Origin: Raillietiella orientalis
Lineage: Eukaryota
Direction of reading: 5' to 3'
Length of the DNA: 64,000 bases
NCBI GenBank assembly: GCA_036172245.1
Contig: JAYWIR010000044.1
Location: forward strand, 1-64,000
Part shown: piece by piece, positions 1-11,349 of the stretch
How positions within the stretch are numbered: the first letter of the stretch is position 1
Layout: each line of letters begins with the position of its first letter
Made by a program: the position numbers and the translations under genes
The notes under the pieces: model-generated
Seen by the model: only the letters and a program-made list of their open reading frames with translations
The model's database searches: none
Told to the model about the DNA's origin: nothing

Positions 1-2406
1 GGCGTCCCATCACAATAGTGAATGCGGATGCCAAGTTGATAGCTAAGGTTTGGGCTCAGCGGCTGGGATGGGTTGCCAATGCCTTCATCAGCCCGGAGCA
101 GACGTATGCGGTTCCTGGGCGAAGCATGGAGGCGAACCTGTTCCACGCTTCCACCTGGCTAGAGTCCCAACAAGAAAGGAGCTTCGTGCGCAGCCGGGAT
201 TCCGGTGCGTGCGCCGGCAAAGGGTCGGATGCTCGGGTGCGGGAGGAAGCCCTTGCTGTCGCAGTCGATTTGCGGAAAGCATTCGACAGCGTCGACCAGA
301 ATCTCCTGTTGGTGCTTCTGGAACGCTTGGGCTTCCGGGCCTCATTGGTGGCCTATCTGCGCTCCTGCTGGCGCGACGCGCTCATCAACGTTTCTTTCAG
401 CGGGCAGACCGTGCACGGCGTGCCGGTGCGGCGTGGGATCCGGCAGGGACACAGCCTGAGCCCCTTGCTCTTCAGTACCTACTTTGATTTGGTCCTGAGA
501 GCCTACAGGGAAACTCTGAGGCACCTGCCGCACGACTGCGCCGGTGCGCCGGCGGTTTCAGCGTACGCGGACGACCTTCTGCTGCTGCTCCCTATGTCCA
601 CCCCGGTTCCGGCAGTCGAGGAGTTCTTCGACCTGCTGCATCGGGGAACCGGGCTTACGGTGAACAGGGGGAAGTCGTCCGTGATACCAGCTGGTGCGGC
701 GTGGGTAGGGCAGCAGGACTGGGTCCTTCTGGGGATCCCCACGGTGAGGTACTTCAAGTACCTTGGTGTGCCGTTGGGGGACTACTCCCCTGCGGAAGCG
801 TGGTCCGGCTGCCTCGAAGAAGTAGAGACGGCGATCGGCCCGTTTCGAGGCGGCAGGTTTTTCCTGCCTGAACGGGCCGCGGTTTGGAACACCTTCGCGG
901 CTCCTCTCCTCCGCTCCCTGCTTTTTGTTTACCCCCCCACAGAGAGAATTAAAAAGCGGACAAAGGACTTCCTCCGTATCGCCCTTTGGGGCAACGGGAG
1001 GGCCCGAGTCCGCTCAAAGGACTTGTGCGCTCCTCGTCGGGACGATGGTCTGGGCCTCCTGACGCTGGAGCGGCTGGAGCTTCAGCTCCAGTTCCGATTG
1101 TCGGCACTCGTTCCAGAGTTGTGGTGCACCTGTTGGTGCGTCCCTGCACGTCTCCTTCTCCAGCAAGCCACTGGCAAGACGGGACTCACGTCCTTTTTTG
1201 GATTCCATCGCTCCCGCATGTACCGATGTGGGCTCCAGCTGAGGAAAGTGGCTGCCTGGCTTCGGAAAAATCAAGGATGGATCACCTGTCGCCCCGCGAA
1301 TGGTAGTGTCTGGTTGCAGGAAACCGTTCGCACGTGGGCACCATGCGGCATGCAACGCGCCCAACAGGAACGACGGTTTCTTTTTGGGTGCTACAGAAGT
1401 TGTACGCTCAGTGAGATCCCGAAAGATCCGAAGAAGCAATCGTGGTCAGGAAGAACGGGAAGGGCAACGTTGCTGTTGTATCGCTGCTGCGCTGGCCTTT
1501 CTAGTGGAAGATCAGGACTGCTATGTTGCGGCGAAATGGGAGGTATAAAGCAACCATTTCCGGAAAGAAGAAGATGCAGGAAGAGTTGGAGCCGGGCCAG
1601 TTAACAGACGCTGCGACACCGAGTACGCCTCCTAATGGAGTTCTGCGCTGAGGAACGCTGCTCTATGCTCCGATTGAACATCTGAAGTGGCCCCCGGTGC
1701 TCATGAACACTTTCATTCTCTTCTTAAAATGGCAGGAGTCAACTCTTCTGTTGCAGCACTGGGGACTCCCCTGCAACGCCCGCGGACACCACTGGACCTG
1801 GGGAGCTGTCGATGCCAACTGTGTTAGGTGTGGTAAACGGGAGTCTTTCCCCTATCTTCGAGTGGATTGTGTTGTCCTCCGGCCTCTTTGGTTCCGCTTT
1901 GCCATGGCCATCGTTGTCCCCTGCGGCAACGCCAGGGACGCATTGAAAGCCCTCTTCGTTGCCGAAGCCCTTCGGCCAGCAGCCTCGATAGCGGCGTTGT
2001 GCTGCCTTCGCGGTATCGTCGCGGCATGGTGCACGGCTACGGGAGGACCATGCGATAAGGAGGCCATTCAGTGCTCCGCCCAATTCCTGTGGAGGGCGTC
2101 GCGATAGCCCAACCTGGTTCCGCAAATGCAGAAAGAGGTTGTCGGCATTCTGAGAAGGATGATGCGGCCCCTGCAGAAACAGTGATCCCTTCCCGTTCCC
2201 TCCCACTCTTTTTTTTTCTTTTTGTTTAGTTTTTTGTTTTTCCTCCTTTCCCCTGCAGCCTTGGTGGACCGCACCTGTCTGCAAGCCGGTCACCCGGCAG
2301 GCTCCGTGTTTCTCCGTGCGTAGCTGGAGCATTGCTGAAGTCACTGCCATGTTCTTGTAAAGTTTATTTTTGAATAAACGACCCGGCGAAATCCGGGTGA
2401 AAATCA
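1..2406 (+). mobile_element. L1/Tx1-like LINE, 3' half of ORF2 (RT + zf-RVT) and 3' UTR; frameshifted, runs off the window start
   Basis: RT motifs RPITIVNADAK, AVDLRKAFD, GIRQGHSLSPLLF, AYADDL, FKYLGV. C-terminal CVRC...E..PYLRVDC. Stop followed by TGATCCCTTCCC, T-tract, then AATAAA-hairpin at 2373-2398. Confidence 0.93.
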
Positions 2407-2427
2407 AATGCTTCTCGCGCGCATGGC

Positions 2428-3530
2428 GGACATGTTTTTTCGGTGTTCCTCGGTGCCTTGAACGCTCCCTAGGAGCAAGCGTTCTGTGGTTCGGTGGTCG
2501 ACCAGGCAGCGATACCTGACACGGCCACCAGTGAGTGCCAGGAGGCGGCGGCAACGTCGCCCCCAGAGGCAATGAAGGTTGGGTCTCTGCTGCAGCGCGG
2601 ACGTGAAGCGCCGTCGTGGCGGCACCATCGCCTGCATTCGCGGCGGAAATATCTGCCTATGTGGAGGAGGGACATAACCCGTGACAAGTATACAAGGTAG
2701 GAAATTTGTACACTTCTGAGAGCGCGCGCGAATTCTCGAAAGGGATGCTCGCTCTCAATATTAAAGTGGAGGAGCTATGCGCGATGACCATTCGCAGCGG
2801 GGGGCAGTACGTAAAGGTGATCTGTTAACAGGCATATCCGGCCCAGCGTCTGCTCAAAACCCCCGTGGTGATGGGAAAGCACAGTCTCCTTCCCATTACG
2901 GTGGACCGTAGCATGGTGGTCCACCTGCTAGGCGTAACGGCACGAATGCTTAAGGAAAGCGCACGCACGGCCTTAGAACAGTTCGGTACTGTGCATGCAA
3001 TGTGGTCCAAATCTAGTCCCTTTGTGGACTATACTGGACTGCAATGCGGCCTTACGGCTGCACGCGTCACCGTCCGGGAGGGCTGTTCTCTTACCCAAAA
3101 ACTGGTGGTCGGCGGCGAAACCGTCGACCTCTGGTATGTGCGGAAGCCCAAATACTGTGGCTTCTGCAAGACGTCGGGCCACCTCAAAAAGAGGTGCCCC
3201 AACGTGCATTGCCAGGTTTGCGGGAACATGAGCCACACGCAGAAGGTGTGCCCACAAGCACCTGTGCGCGTGGTGTCCGTGGAGAACGCCAAAAAATGAG
3301 CCCGGCTTCTGCAAAAACGGCTGGCGACGAAAGCTGCCGCGAAAGCTGTAAAACCCGCGCCCAAGACCCAGGACGCACCCGAGACCCCGGCAAGTAACGT
3401 CGAAAAGGTCGAGGTAAACGGGCAGGAGCCTGAATGGAAGGTGGCTACAGCCTATTAATCAAAACAGGAGAGTAGGGAAGCAAAGAAACTCGCCTACCTC
3501 AAGAAAAAAGACCAAGGTAGCGAGATGTAA
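2428..3530 (+). mobile_element. LINE 5' UTR + degenerate ORF1 (RRM-like region, two CCHC zinc knuckles)
   Basis: ORF 2865-3299 has CGFCKTSGHLKKRC and CQVCGNMSHTQKVC and is homologous to 22433-23340. 5' motif CGGACATGTTTTTT. Confidence 0.85.
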
Positions 3531-3537
3531 TTAAGGA

Positions 3538-4170
3538 ATGCAGCATCGTCCTTTATTACCCAGTTGCGCCGAAACGTTTATTTTAAATCATCTGGGAACT
3601 GTGTTCCCAGGCAAGGGAACAGAAGATGGGGTGGAGTGTACCCGACACGCAGGCCGGACACACTAAGAGTTCGGAACGGCAAGGAGGGGACAATAAATAA
3701 ATAAATATGGTGGGAGGGTGAGAATAAGGGTCCGCAGTTCTATCCGTTTTTTGTCTCAGAACCGGCGGTGAATGCCGGCAATCTCCGTCCTCACTTCTGC
3801 GTCAAGGTGTGGCCACCCGGCAGCCAGTTGCAGGTTGCAGGCTGCAGTGTCGGGGACCGATGTTGGGACCGCTCGCATCTGCAATACGTGGCGGGCCCTG
3901 ACAGTGGTGCGGACGCAGCAGATGATTGCGACGACCGCTCCAAGAGAAAGACCGCCACGCGTGAAGAAGCGGCGCATCCAATCCGTTGCGGTGTGTACGG
4001 GGTGCAGGAGCGCTGAAGACAGCCGCTGCCACAGCTCCTGGAGGGCACCGCATTCAAATAGCAAATGCGGAAGCAATTTCACCACTCCGCATGTTGCACA
4101 GTTCGGGGACGTGACTCCCCTGGAAACCAAGTGCGCGCGCTGGATGCAATACAAACCTCAATGCACTGAG
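3538..4170 (-). mobile_element. 5'-truncated LINE (zf-RVT C-terminus + 3' UTR)
   Basis: ORF 3756-4154 CATC...PHLLFEC, near-identical to 23570-23980. 3' hairpin at 3553-3582. Confidence 0.88.
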
Positions 4171-5519
4171 GTGCCATTATAGTGCAGTGTTGTTTTCTTC
4201 ACGGATCCCTTTCGCGGAAATCGAATCCGAACTCCGTGGACCTCGCACGCGCTAACGTCCAGCTCACGAGCCTGCTTGCTGTTGTCGCAGGCAGCAAGCA
4301 TGGGATGCGCCGGCGAACGGAGTCTTTGAGGGAAGCGCATGTTCCACCCACTGCTGCTGTGCTGAACAAAAATTCCGACGCTTATCCCGTCATTCGCGAT
4401 TCGCGCAACGGGCGTGTGCTACGCTACAGAATGCGTGCGTTCATCCAGACGGTGGTGAAGTACGAGAAGGGCCGCTGCACAAGTACGAGGTACCTGCGGA
4501 TATTTCCGGAAACGCAACACGCACGCCTTGGGTGGTCACAATGTACAAACGACGAAGGACTGCCGCTAGACGGAACGGGAAAAGAGGAAACCAACGAACA
4601 GGATGAATTGTTTGCGAGAATCGGGAAAAGGGAAAATCGAGCCAAAGTGGGAGTGCCTGCGTGCGAGAAACGCTCCGTTTCCGTTGTTTCGCACGTTTCT
4701 GTGCATCAGTGTGCACGGAGTCCGGATGAAAGGGCACTCTCCAAACGCATTGCTCGAGCGTCTGCGCACCCGATTGTGTGACGTCGGCACGGCCACCTCT
4801 CTGTTCGTCAACGATTTTTGTTGCTTAGCAAAGGAGATTCTCCCTAACGGAAGAAACGTGTGCTGCTTGCGAATTCGGATGTCGGATGGACTCGTGCATT
4901 TCGTGGAAGAGATCGCAACTCGGAGTATCGTACTGCTGCTGAATCCATTGCTTATCTACTTGTGCATCGCTTGTGAATTCCGAAGTTCATAGAGAAGGGC
5001 AACTCCCAGCCGGAAGTAATTAGCATCACTGCGAATCCGGAACTTGGAATTCGGTACCGAAACCAATCGAAAAGCGAGTCTTGTCGCTTGTAGTATTCTT
5101 GCTTTTTCCTTCAAAAAAGACTCGCCTATATTGCCTCCGAGCTTTCGCCGTACTGTCAACCCAGAAAAACCAGTGGTCCTTGGATCTGCTTTCCTCAGGA
5201 TAGCAGATCCAAGGACAAAGCTGAGCACTGGTAAGATGAATGCAAGGTCCGTGAGAATGTCCAAAATCCTGTGGCGCACGTTTGACGCAGGTAGTGATTC
5301 GTAGCTTGCGCACTACTCCCAGGTCGACTCCCTCGCAATCGGGAAATGTGTTAAGCCTGGGTTGGGATCTCGTCTACGATCATGTCCCTGCATTTCGGGA
5401 AAGAGAAGCCCGATTTTCCGAAGCAAAAAGCTTCGATGGGGACAGGACAACGTGAGAATCTGTACGGAAAGCCATTCTCTGGTACCGTGCCTGCACAGAG
5501 AACCCAGAAGGAAACGGAA

Positions 5520-7223
5520 GAGGTGGTGGCGGTTGGTGCGACGTGGGCTCGACGGCCTGACTGGATCCGCTTAGGGATCCCCGCAGCCAGGTACCTGAAG
5601 TGCCTTGCCGTGCCGTTGGGGGACTTCTGCCCTTCAGAAGCCTGGTCAGTTCGTCTCCAAAAAGTAGAGTCGGAGATCGGCCCGTTCCTGGACGACAAGT
5701 TTACCTTGCCGGAACTGACTGCGGTGTGTAAGGCGTTCGCGGCTCCCATCTCGGTTCCCTACTTTTTGTTCGTCCCCCCACTGAAAGGACAAAAAAGCGG
5801 ACCAAGGTCCTCCTATGGATAGCCCTGTGGGGTAGGGAGAGGGCCCGAATCAGGCTTGTGTACTTGAGCGATCCGCGTCGGGACGGCGCCCTCAGCCTCC
5901 TGACGCTGGAGCTCCAGCTCCAGTTTCGGTTACTCGCCCTAGTGGCGAAATATTGGAGTAGCAGTTGGTGCGAGCCCGCACGTTTCCTCGTCGAACAGGC
6001 CACCGGCAAGGTGGGACTGTCTTCCTTCCTTGAGCTCCGTCGTCGCCGCCAAGTCGGCCACTGCGGTTTGCAGCTGCGTAGAGTGGCTGATTTGATGAGG
6101 ACGAACGCGAGATGGCTTCCCTGTCGCCCTGTCAACGGAACTGTCTGGCTCCAGGAAGCCGTTTGCACGTGGGCGAGGAGCAAAATAACGCGTTGAACAA
6201 GATCGAAGGCAACTGTTTGCTCGCAATGACCGCCTTACGCTTCGTGAGATTCTGGAGAATCCCCAAAAACGAGCGTAAGCGAGGAAAACTCCCCTCGCCG
6301 CAATGCTGTCTTCTCTTGCGGAACATTTGGACAGCAACACTGCGGCGGCATGGGAAGTGTTCGCGAAAATCTGCGGTACGGTGCAAAAGATCGGGAAATG
6401 GAAAACGGGGATTCCATGTGATACTGCGTCTCGGATTACCATCCCAATTGGACTTTTGCACTGGAACGAGGTGCTCGAAGTTCCGACAGAACGACTTAAG
6501 TGGCCCCCGGTACTTATGAACACCTCCACCCTCCCCTTAAAATGGCAGGAGTCGGCTTTCCTGTTGCAGCACTGCGGGCCCCCTTGCAACTCTCGCCGAC
6601 ACCATTGGACCTGGGGAGCGGTGAACCCTACTTGTGTGAGGTGTAGAGAAAGGGAGTCCCTCCCCCACCTCCTTATGGATTGCGTTGCTCTTCGGCCCCT
6701 TTGGAACCGCTTCGCCGCGGCAATCGGTATCCCCTGTGGCAACCCCAGAGACGCTATTGGGTCTTTCTTTGTTTGCAACGCCCTTCGGCCAGCAGCATCG
6801 TTAGCAGCTATGTGCTGCTTTCGCGGGATCGTCGCTGCTTGGAGCAAGGCAACGGGAGGACCACGCGATAAGGGTGCTGTCCAATGCGCAGCCGAATTTC
6901 TGAGGACGGCGACAGGATGGACCCATCTGGATTTGCAAATCAAAGAACAGCTTGCCGGCATTCTAGAAAGGATGGAACGGCCCCGCAGTAGACTGTGATC
7001 CCTTCTCGTGCCCCCAGATCTTGTTTCTATAATTTTTTCTATTTTTTTCTTATATGTTTTTGTTTTGTCTTGGCCCCTCTCCTGTCGTGGTAGAGCGCAC
7101 TGGACTGCTAACCGGTGACCCAGGTGACTTACTGTTGTTTATTGGAGCGTGGCTGGACCACCAGTTAAGCTACAGGCTCTTGTTTTGTTCCGAAGAATAA
7201 ACTCACCGGTGCAACCGTGTGAG
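5520..7223 (+). mobile_element. 5'-truncated LINE (late RT/thumb to zf-RVT, 3' UTR), frameshifted
   Basis: WIRLGIPAARYLKCLAVPLG; RRDGALSLL; CVRCRERESLPHLLMDC; AATAAA-hairpin at 7196-7223. Confidence 0.9.
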
Positions 7224-7237
7224 AAGCGAGAGCGAGC

Positions 7238-7430
7238 GGACGGGTGTTCACTTCCTTCGTGCGCCGGTTGCGGTTTATTTCTGTTCCTTTTCTGATGTGC
7301 CTATGGATTCGGTGGTGGCTAGGCAGCAATACCTGAGATCATCAACAGTAATACGGACGGGGCGACGTTTAAGTGGCCCCAAGATTCAATGGATGTAGTG
7401 GCAACCGAACCACAGAGGCGTCTCCCTCGC
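7238..7430 (+). mobile_element. LINE 5' UTR / ORF1 start remnant
   Basis: TTCGGTGGTGGCTAGGCAGCAATACCTGA matches 2489-2519 and 22292-22319, the ORF1 start context. Confidence 0.6.
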
Positions 7431-8499
7431 TAGCGAGAAGCTGCAGCTGATTAAATATTGGATTCGAACTGATCCTGTAAATATACATTCAGGAAATAAA
7501 CAGGAAGGACGCGCTGAAGAAAATGGTTCATAACAATAAAAACATCATGAGATTCTTCTTTATAGTGTGTCGAAGTAGAATTCTGTAGCAAACATTCCGA
7601 CCAATACAAGACTTTCAAGTAAGATTGAGTGTTTCATTATGCGAACGATAAGTTATGGTATGGGAGTATGCAGCGAGGCGTCCTTGATGTTGCGTGGCCC
7701 TTCTTTCGTAGCTGCGGTGCAGCGACTCAGCATCCCGATATGTTGCACCGGTTCCAGACTGCTTCTTCGCGAGCGCTCGCCACAATACATGCAAAAAAAG
7801 CATCACGTGCAACAGATGACACTTGAATCTGAGTCACAGGGATACAAGCGAAGAACACACTTTTTTGAAATTGATGGTGGAATAGAATTATTATGAACTT
7901 TTTGCGTTTTACTCAGATTATTTCGTGTTTCTCCTTTTGTACATACGAAGATGAACCGCTGATCGATATTCCTGGACAATTCGCAATTTAATTCTTATTC
8001 AATCGGCGCTCTCCTGATGTTGAGTCCATAAGTTAATTCAATTTAGTGTGGCTTCAAGGATGAGTCTCGTCTCGTAGCGGTAGACGAGCAGCAAAACACT
8101 CCAGATGCTAGTTGTTTGCGAAGATATCATAACATAGAAAATCATTTAAATGCAGCGCCTCTGCTGAAGGATCGCTAGAGATAAATTCCGGGAATTTTGC
8201 ATATTATACTTCCCAAATACAATCAGAACGCATTTTCGCTTTTTTGTGAAAGAAGATCCAAGTACAATTTAAAACGAGATGCAACAGTAGGATCCAGGAT
8301 TTCAAACATTTCTTGTAATTTCCGAGAAAAGAAGCGTAATATATGCTTTCCTCAGTCCACGTTTCTGAGGCCGAAAATACAAATCCACGTAAGAGACTGT
8401 CAGTACTTTTGTTGCACTACGTGGAATCTGGAAGTGTACAATGGATTTCGAAGAATGACAACATACATTTGGATATTTCTGCTTTCACGCTTAACATGC

Positions 8500-9230
8500 A
8501 TGTTGACGGTTGCCGTAGGAATGCAGAACCTGGTTACGTGTTGGCAGTGACGCACTGGGCTCAGATGAGCAACCGTTGGGTCTGATAAGACAGCCGGATT
8601 CAGGTATTCTCTCTATTGGAAATTTCGACTGAGGCTGAATGCCGTACCATTCTGCTTCTTCATCGGTCAACTTTGTTTCTTGCTGCAGAGTGCATACTTT
8701 CTGGAAACCCTGCGAGTCTGTTTCCGGGAACCGTCAGCGGTCTCCTCGAACATTCCAGATGATCGAACGTTTTGCTCACTGTTACCATGAAAATGCTTTC
8801 GATGCCTTCCACAATGCATCCACAAGTATTATTCCAGGTGCAAACAAAAATAGAGAGTATTAATGTTGTCAGCATCAGAGGAAGCGTGCATCACGAATAA
8901 CCTTGAAGAAACAAATCTGTTCCAATCTCAGGGTTTCAAAGAGCGCATTTCTTTCGATCACAAAGATCGAACTGTGGAAGCTGTGTCAGATGGACGAGTC
9001 TGTCATCGTACGCAAGCGAGTCTGCAAAAGCACGAGAACAGAGCGTGGTATCGTGGCTAATAAACGAGAATTCCACCATGACATTTTGCATTTTACCTAA
9101 GCATCTCCTCAGGTTCGACGCTGCTTCCATTCCGGATGGGAGACAATCGCATTACACATAGTATGGAAATAAATGGAATCATTATGCTCGCGTTCGAAGC
9201 AGCAGCTAGATGAACTCTGTCGCCCTTCCT
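8500..9230 (+). pseudogene. Decayed Sec7-domain (ARF-GEF) gene, possibly with a following PH domain
   Basis: Motifs in order across frames: GSDKTAG (~GLDKTAIG), FWKPCES (~FRLPGES), MIERFAHCYHENAFDAFHNAST (~MERFA..Y...N...F.NADT). Many stops and frameshifts. Confidence 0.45.
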
Positions 9231-9602
9231 TTAATGGTACTTGGAGATGCCTGGCATTGTGGACCCAACCGCTGAAACATACGCGTCAGCTGCGGTCTCC
9301 GAAATCCCGCCAAGGGTTGTGCCAGTGCTTCTTCAACGCATGGTTGTTGTCCAGATGCAATGGAGACTGCTCATCCTTTGGACTGCACAACGTTTATTTC
9401 ATCTCAGTACATGGAGCAGGAAAAACAAGAATTCCACAAAGCAAAGAGTTTTTCCCGATGCATTTAGAAATTGTCTAACACATGCTTGCGTCGAGTTTCT
9501 AATGTTGGGACAGAAATAGACAGAAATTTCCCGTACTCATCCCGAATGGAATTTTGAGAAGTGACAATTGGAATGTGCGGCGCAACTCGGGATTGTAAAA
9601 GT

Positions 9603-10998
9603 TCATCACCCGGTCACTCCGGGGCGTTTATTTAAAATAAACCGGTCAGGGACAATGTCCCTAACCAAAGAAAGGACAAGGAACAAAGAGAAGTTTCCAG
9701 CACACAGGCCTGCTGAACACAAAATCTGGAGGGAGGGGTAACGCCTCTTTGGTGGGGCTCCGTACTCACGGGGATTCACAAGAGAGAGCACCTAGAATGT
9801 TCCGGATCCTAAGGGGACGGAAGTGGAAGAAAAAGAAAAAAAAACATAAACTTGATGGGAGCGATGGGAAAGGGTCACCGGGTGCGCTGCTGGGTAGCGT
9901 CTGCAAACCGACGGTGTATGCCGGCGACATCCCTTTTTGTGTCCTCGGTCAATTGAGGCCATCTGGCTACCGCTTCCATATAGGAGGCTGCCTTTCCGAC
10001 TACCTGTTGATACTTCCCGTTGATTACCAGCGCCTGACGGACTGAAACTATGGCGCGTATGCAACCGAAGGTTGCAATCCTTGCGCTTGCAGACAGCCCG
10101 CTCGGCGTGAAGAATCGTCGCAGCAATTCTCTTGCCGTGTCCAAGGGATGCATTAGTGCTGTTGCCAGGCTACGTCGCGGTCCTTGTAGGACACCGCAGT
10201 TCAGAATAGGTGCGGGATCGACTCTGTCGAGCCGCACCGAACGCAGTTCGCAGACGCAGGTCCCCCGGAGTCACGATGCCAACGCTCGTTGCACTGAAAA
10301 CCTTAATGAACGAAAAGCAGCACGGCTTGTTTCCAAGCAAGGAAGAGCAGCGAATTGTCAACACATTGTGGAGGGACTACAAGTTCTTCGTGGGTGACAC
10401 CAAGTTCTTCTGCCCACCGGAAGAGTCCCTTTGCAGTAGGACGAGGATTCGCGCGTCCGCTTACTCACTCGTCTTCCAGGCCCCAAGGAGTTTCGTTTTT
10501 TCCGCTATCGTGCAGGAAACCTCTTACCTCGCCGGTTGGCATCTGACGTTTCTTGCCCTGAGGGCAGACAGCGCTGCGGCGAGAGGCGTGGCAGCCAGGG
10601 TAGAGAACTTCACCTCGTCATGCAGTACTTCTTCCAAGGATCGCGGAAGAAGATGGCGCTGGGGGCGAAGATCTTCAGGGCGCATTCCTGGGAACGCCCC
10701 CGGGATTCAACAGACTCCTGCCGCCAAGCGTCGAAGTTCATTGGGCTTGAAGAGGTCCACGAGTAGGCCTCCAGAAGTGCGGCCAATTGCCGCAAAGGAT
10801 AGCCGAAACCTCGCTTCCTGTATTGCGAGCCCGGAAACAGCGGCAGCAGTCCTCCGCTGCCGGCGCATCTCCGCAGGAGAATGCGTGCTGGCACACACAG
10901 GGGGGATGTCCACAGCAGGGCACACAGTGCCAGCTGTCGGAACTGCACCTGCAGTCCGATTCGCTTCATTGTCAGGATACCCAATCCAGCATCCCGAC
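9603..10998 (-). mobile_element. 5'-truncated LINE with a 23-bp target-site duplication
   Basis: RRDAGLGILTMKRIGLQVQFR. Flanked by GCGCAACTCGGGATTGT(A/G)AAAGT at 9580-9602 and 10999-11021. 3' end reads AATAAACGCCCCGGAGTGACCGGGTGATGA. Confidence 0.92.
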
Positions 10999-11349
10999 GC
11001 GCAACTCGGGATTGTGAAAGTGACTCCAAATTGTGTGCACTTTCCATAGCTGAAGCTCTTTTTGGAATACTTGGCAGCAGCTTTCTTCGTAGTGCTTGCG
11101 TATTGCTCGCAGTCATCTGCTTTTCATGTTGCGATTACTAAGTTACTATAGTTCTTTCAATGTGCCAAAGCTGGTGAGCGTTATTGTGCTACCAGCATCC
11201 GCAGACGATAATCACACTTCAGGACCACGCATAGATGTTCGGCACGCTGAGCAGCTCAAAAAAGGAAATTCTGCTCTCGTTGCTTACTGAAGGATAAAAT
11301 GGACTTCTCAATAACCACCCTTCGAGCGCAGGCAACTGTTTTTGCTGTA

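Noticed and set aside
18..1604. RT as group II intron, retron or DGR
   Set aside because: zf-RVT C-terminus, CCHC ORF1, 5' truncations and TSDs indicate a non-LTR retrotransposon.
5939..6961. Long antisense ORFs over LINE coding regions (also 23586-24611, 10210-11049)
   Set aside because: Shadow ORFs of GC-rich coding sequence with no independent support.
7085..7125. tRNA-like string TGGTAGAGCGCACTGGACTGCTAACCGG (Ser-GCT-like)
   Set aside because: The loop is 8 nt in the pairing register, there is no GTTCRA T-arm or acceptor stem, and the 'anticodon' varies between copies. It is the LINE 3' UTR hairpin.
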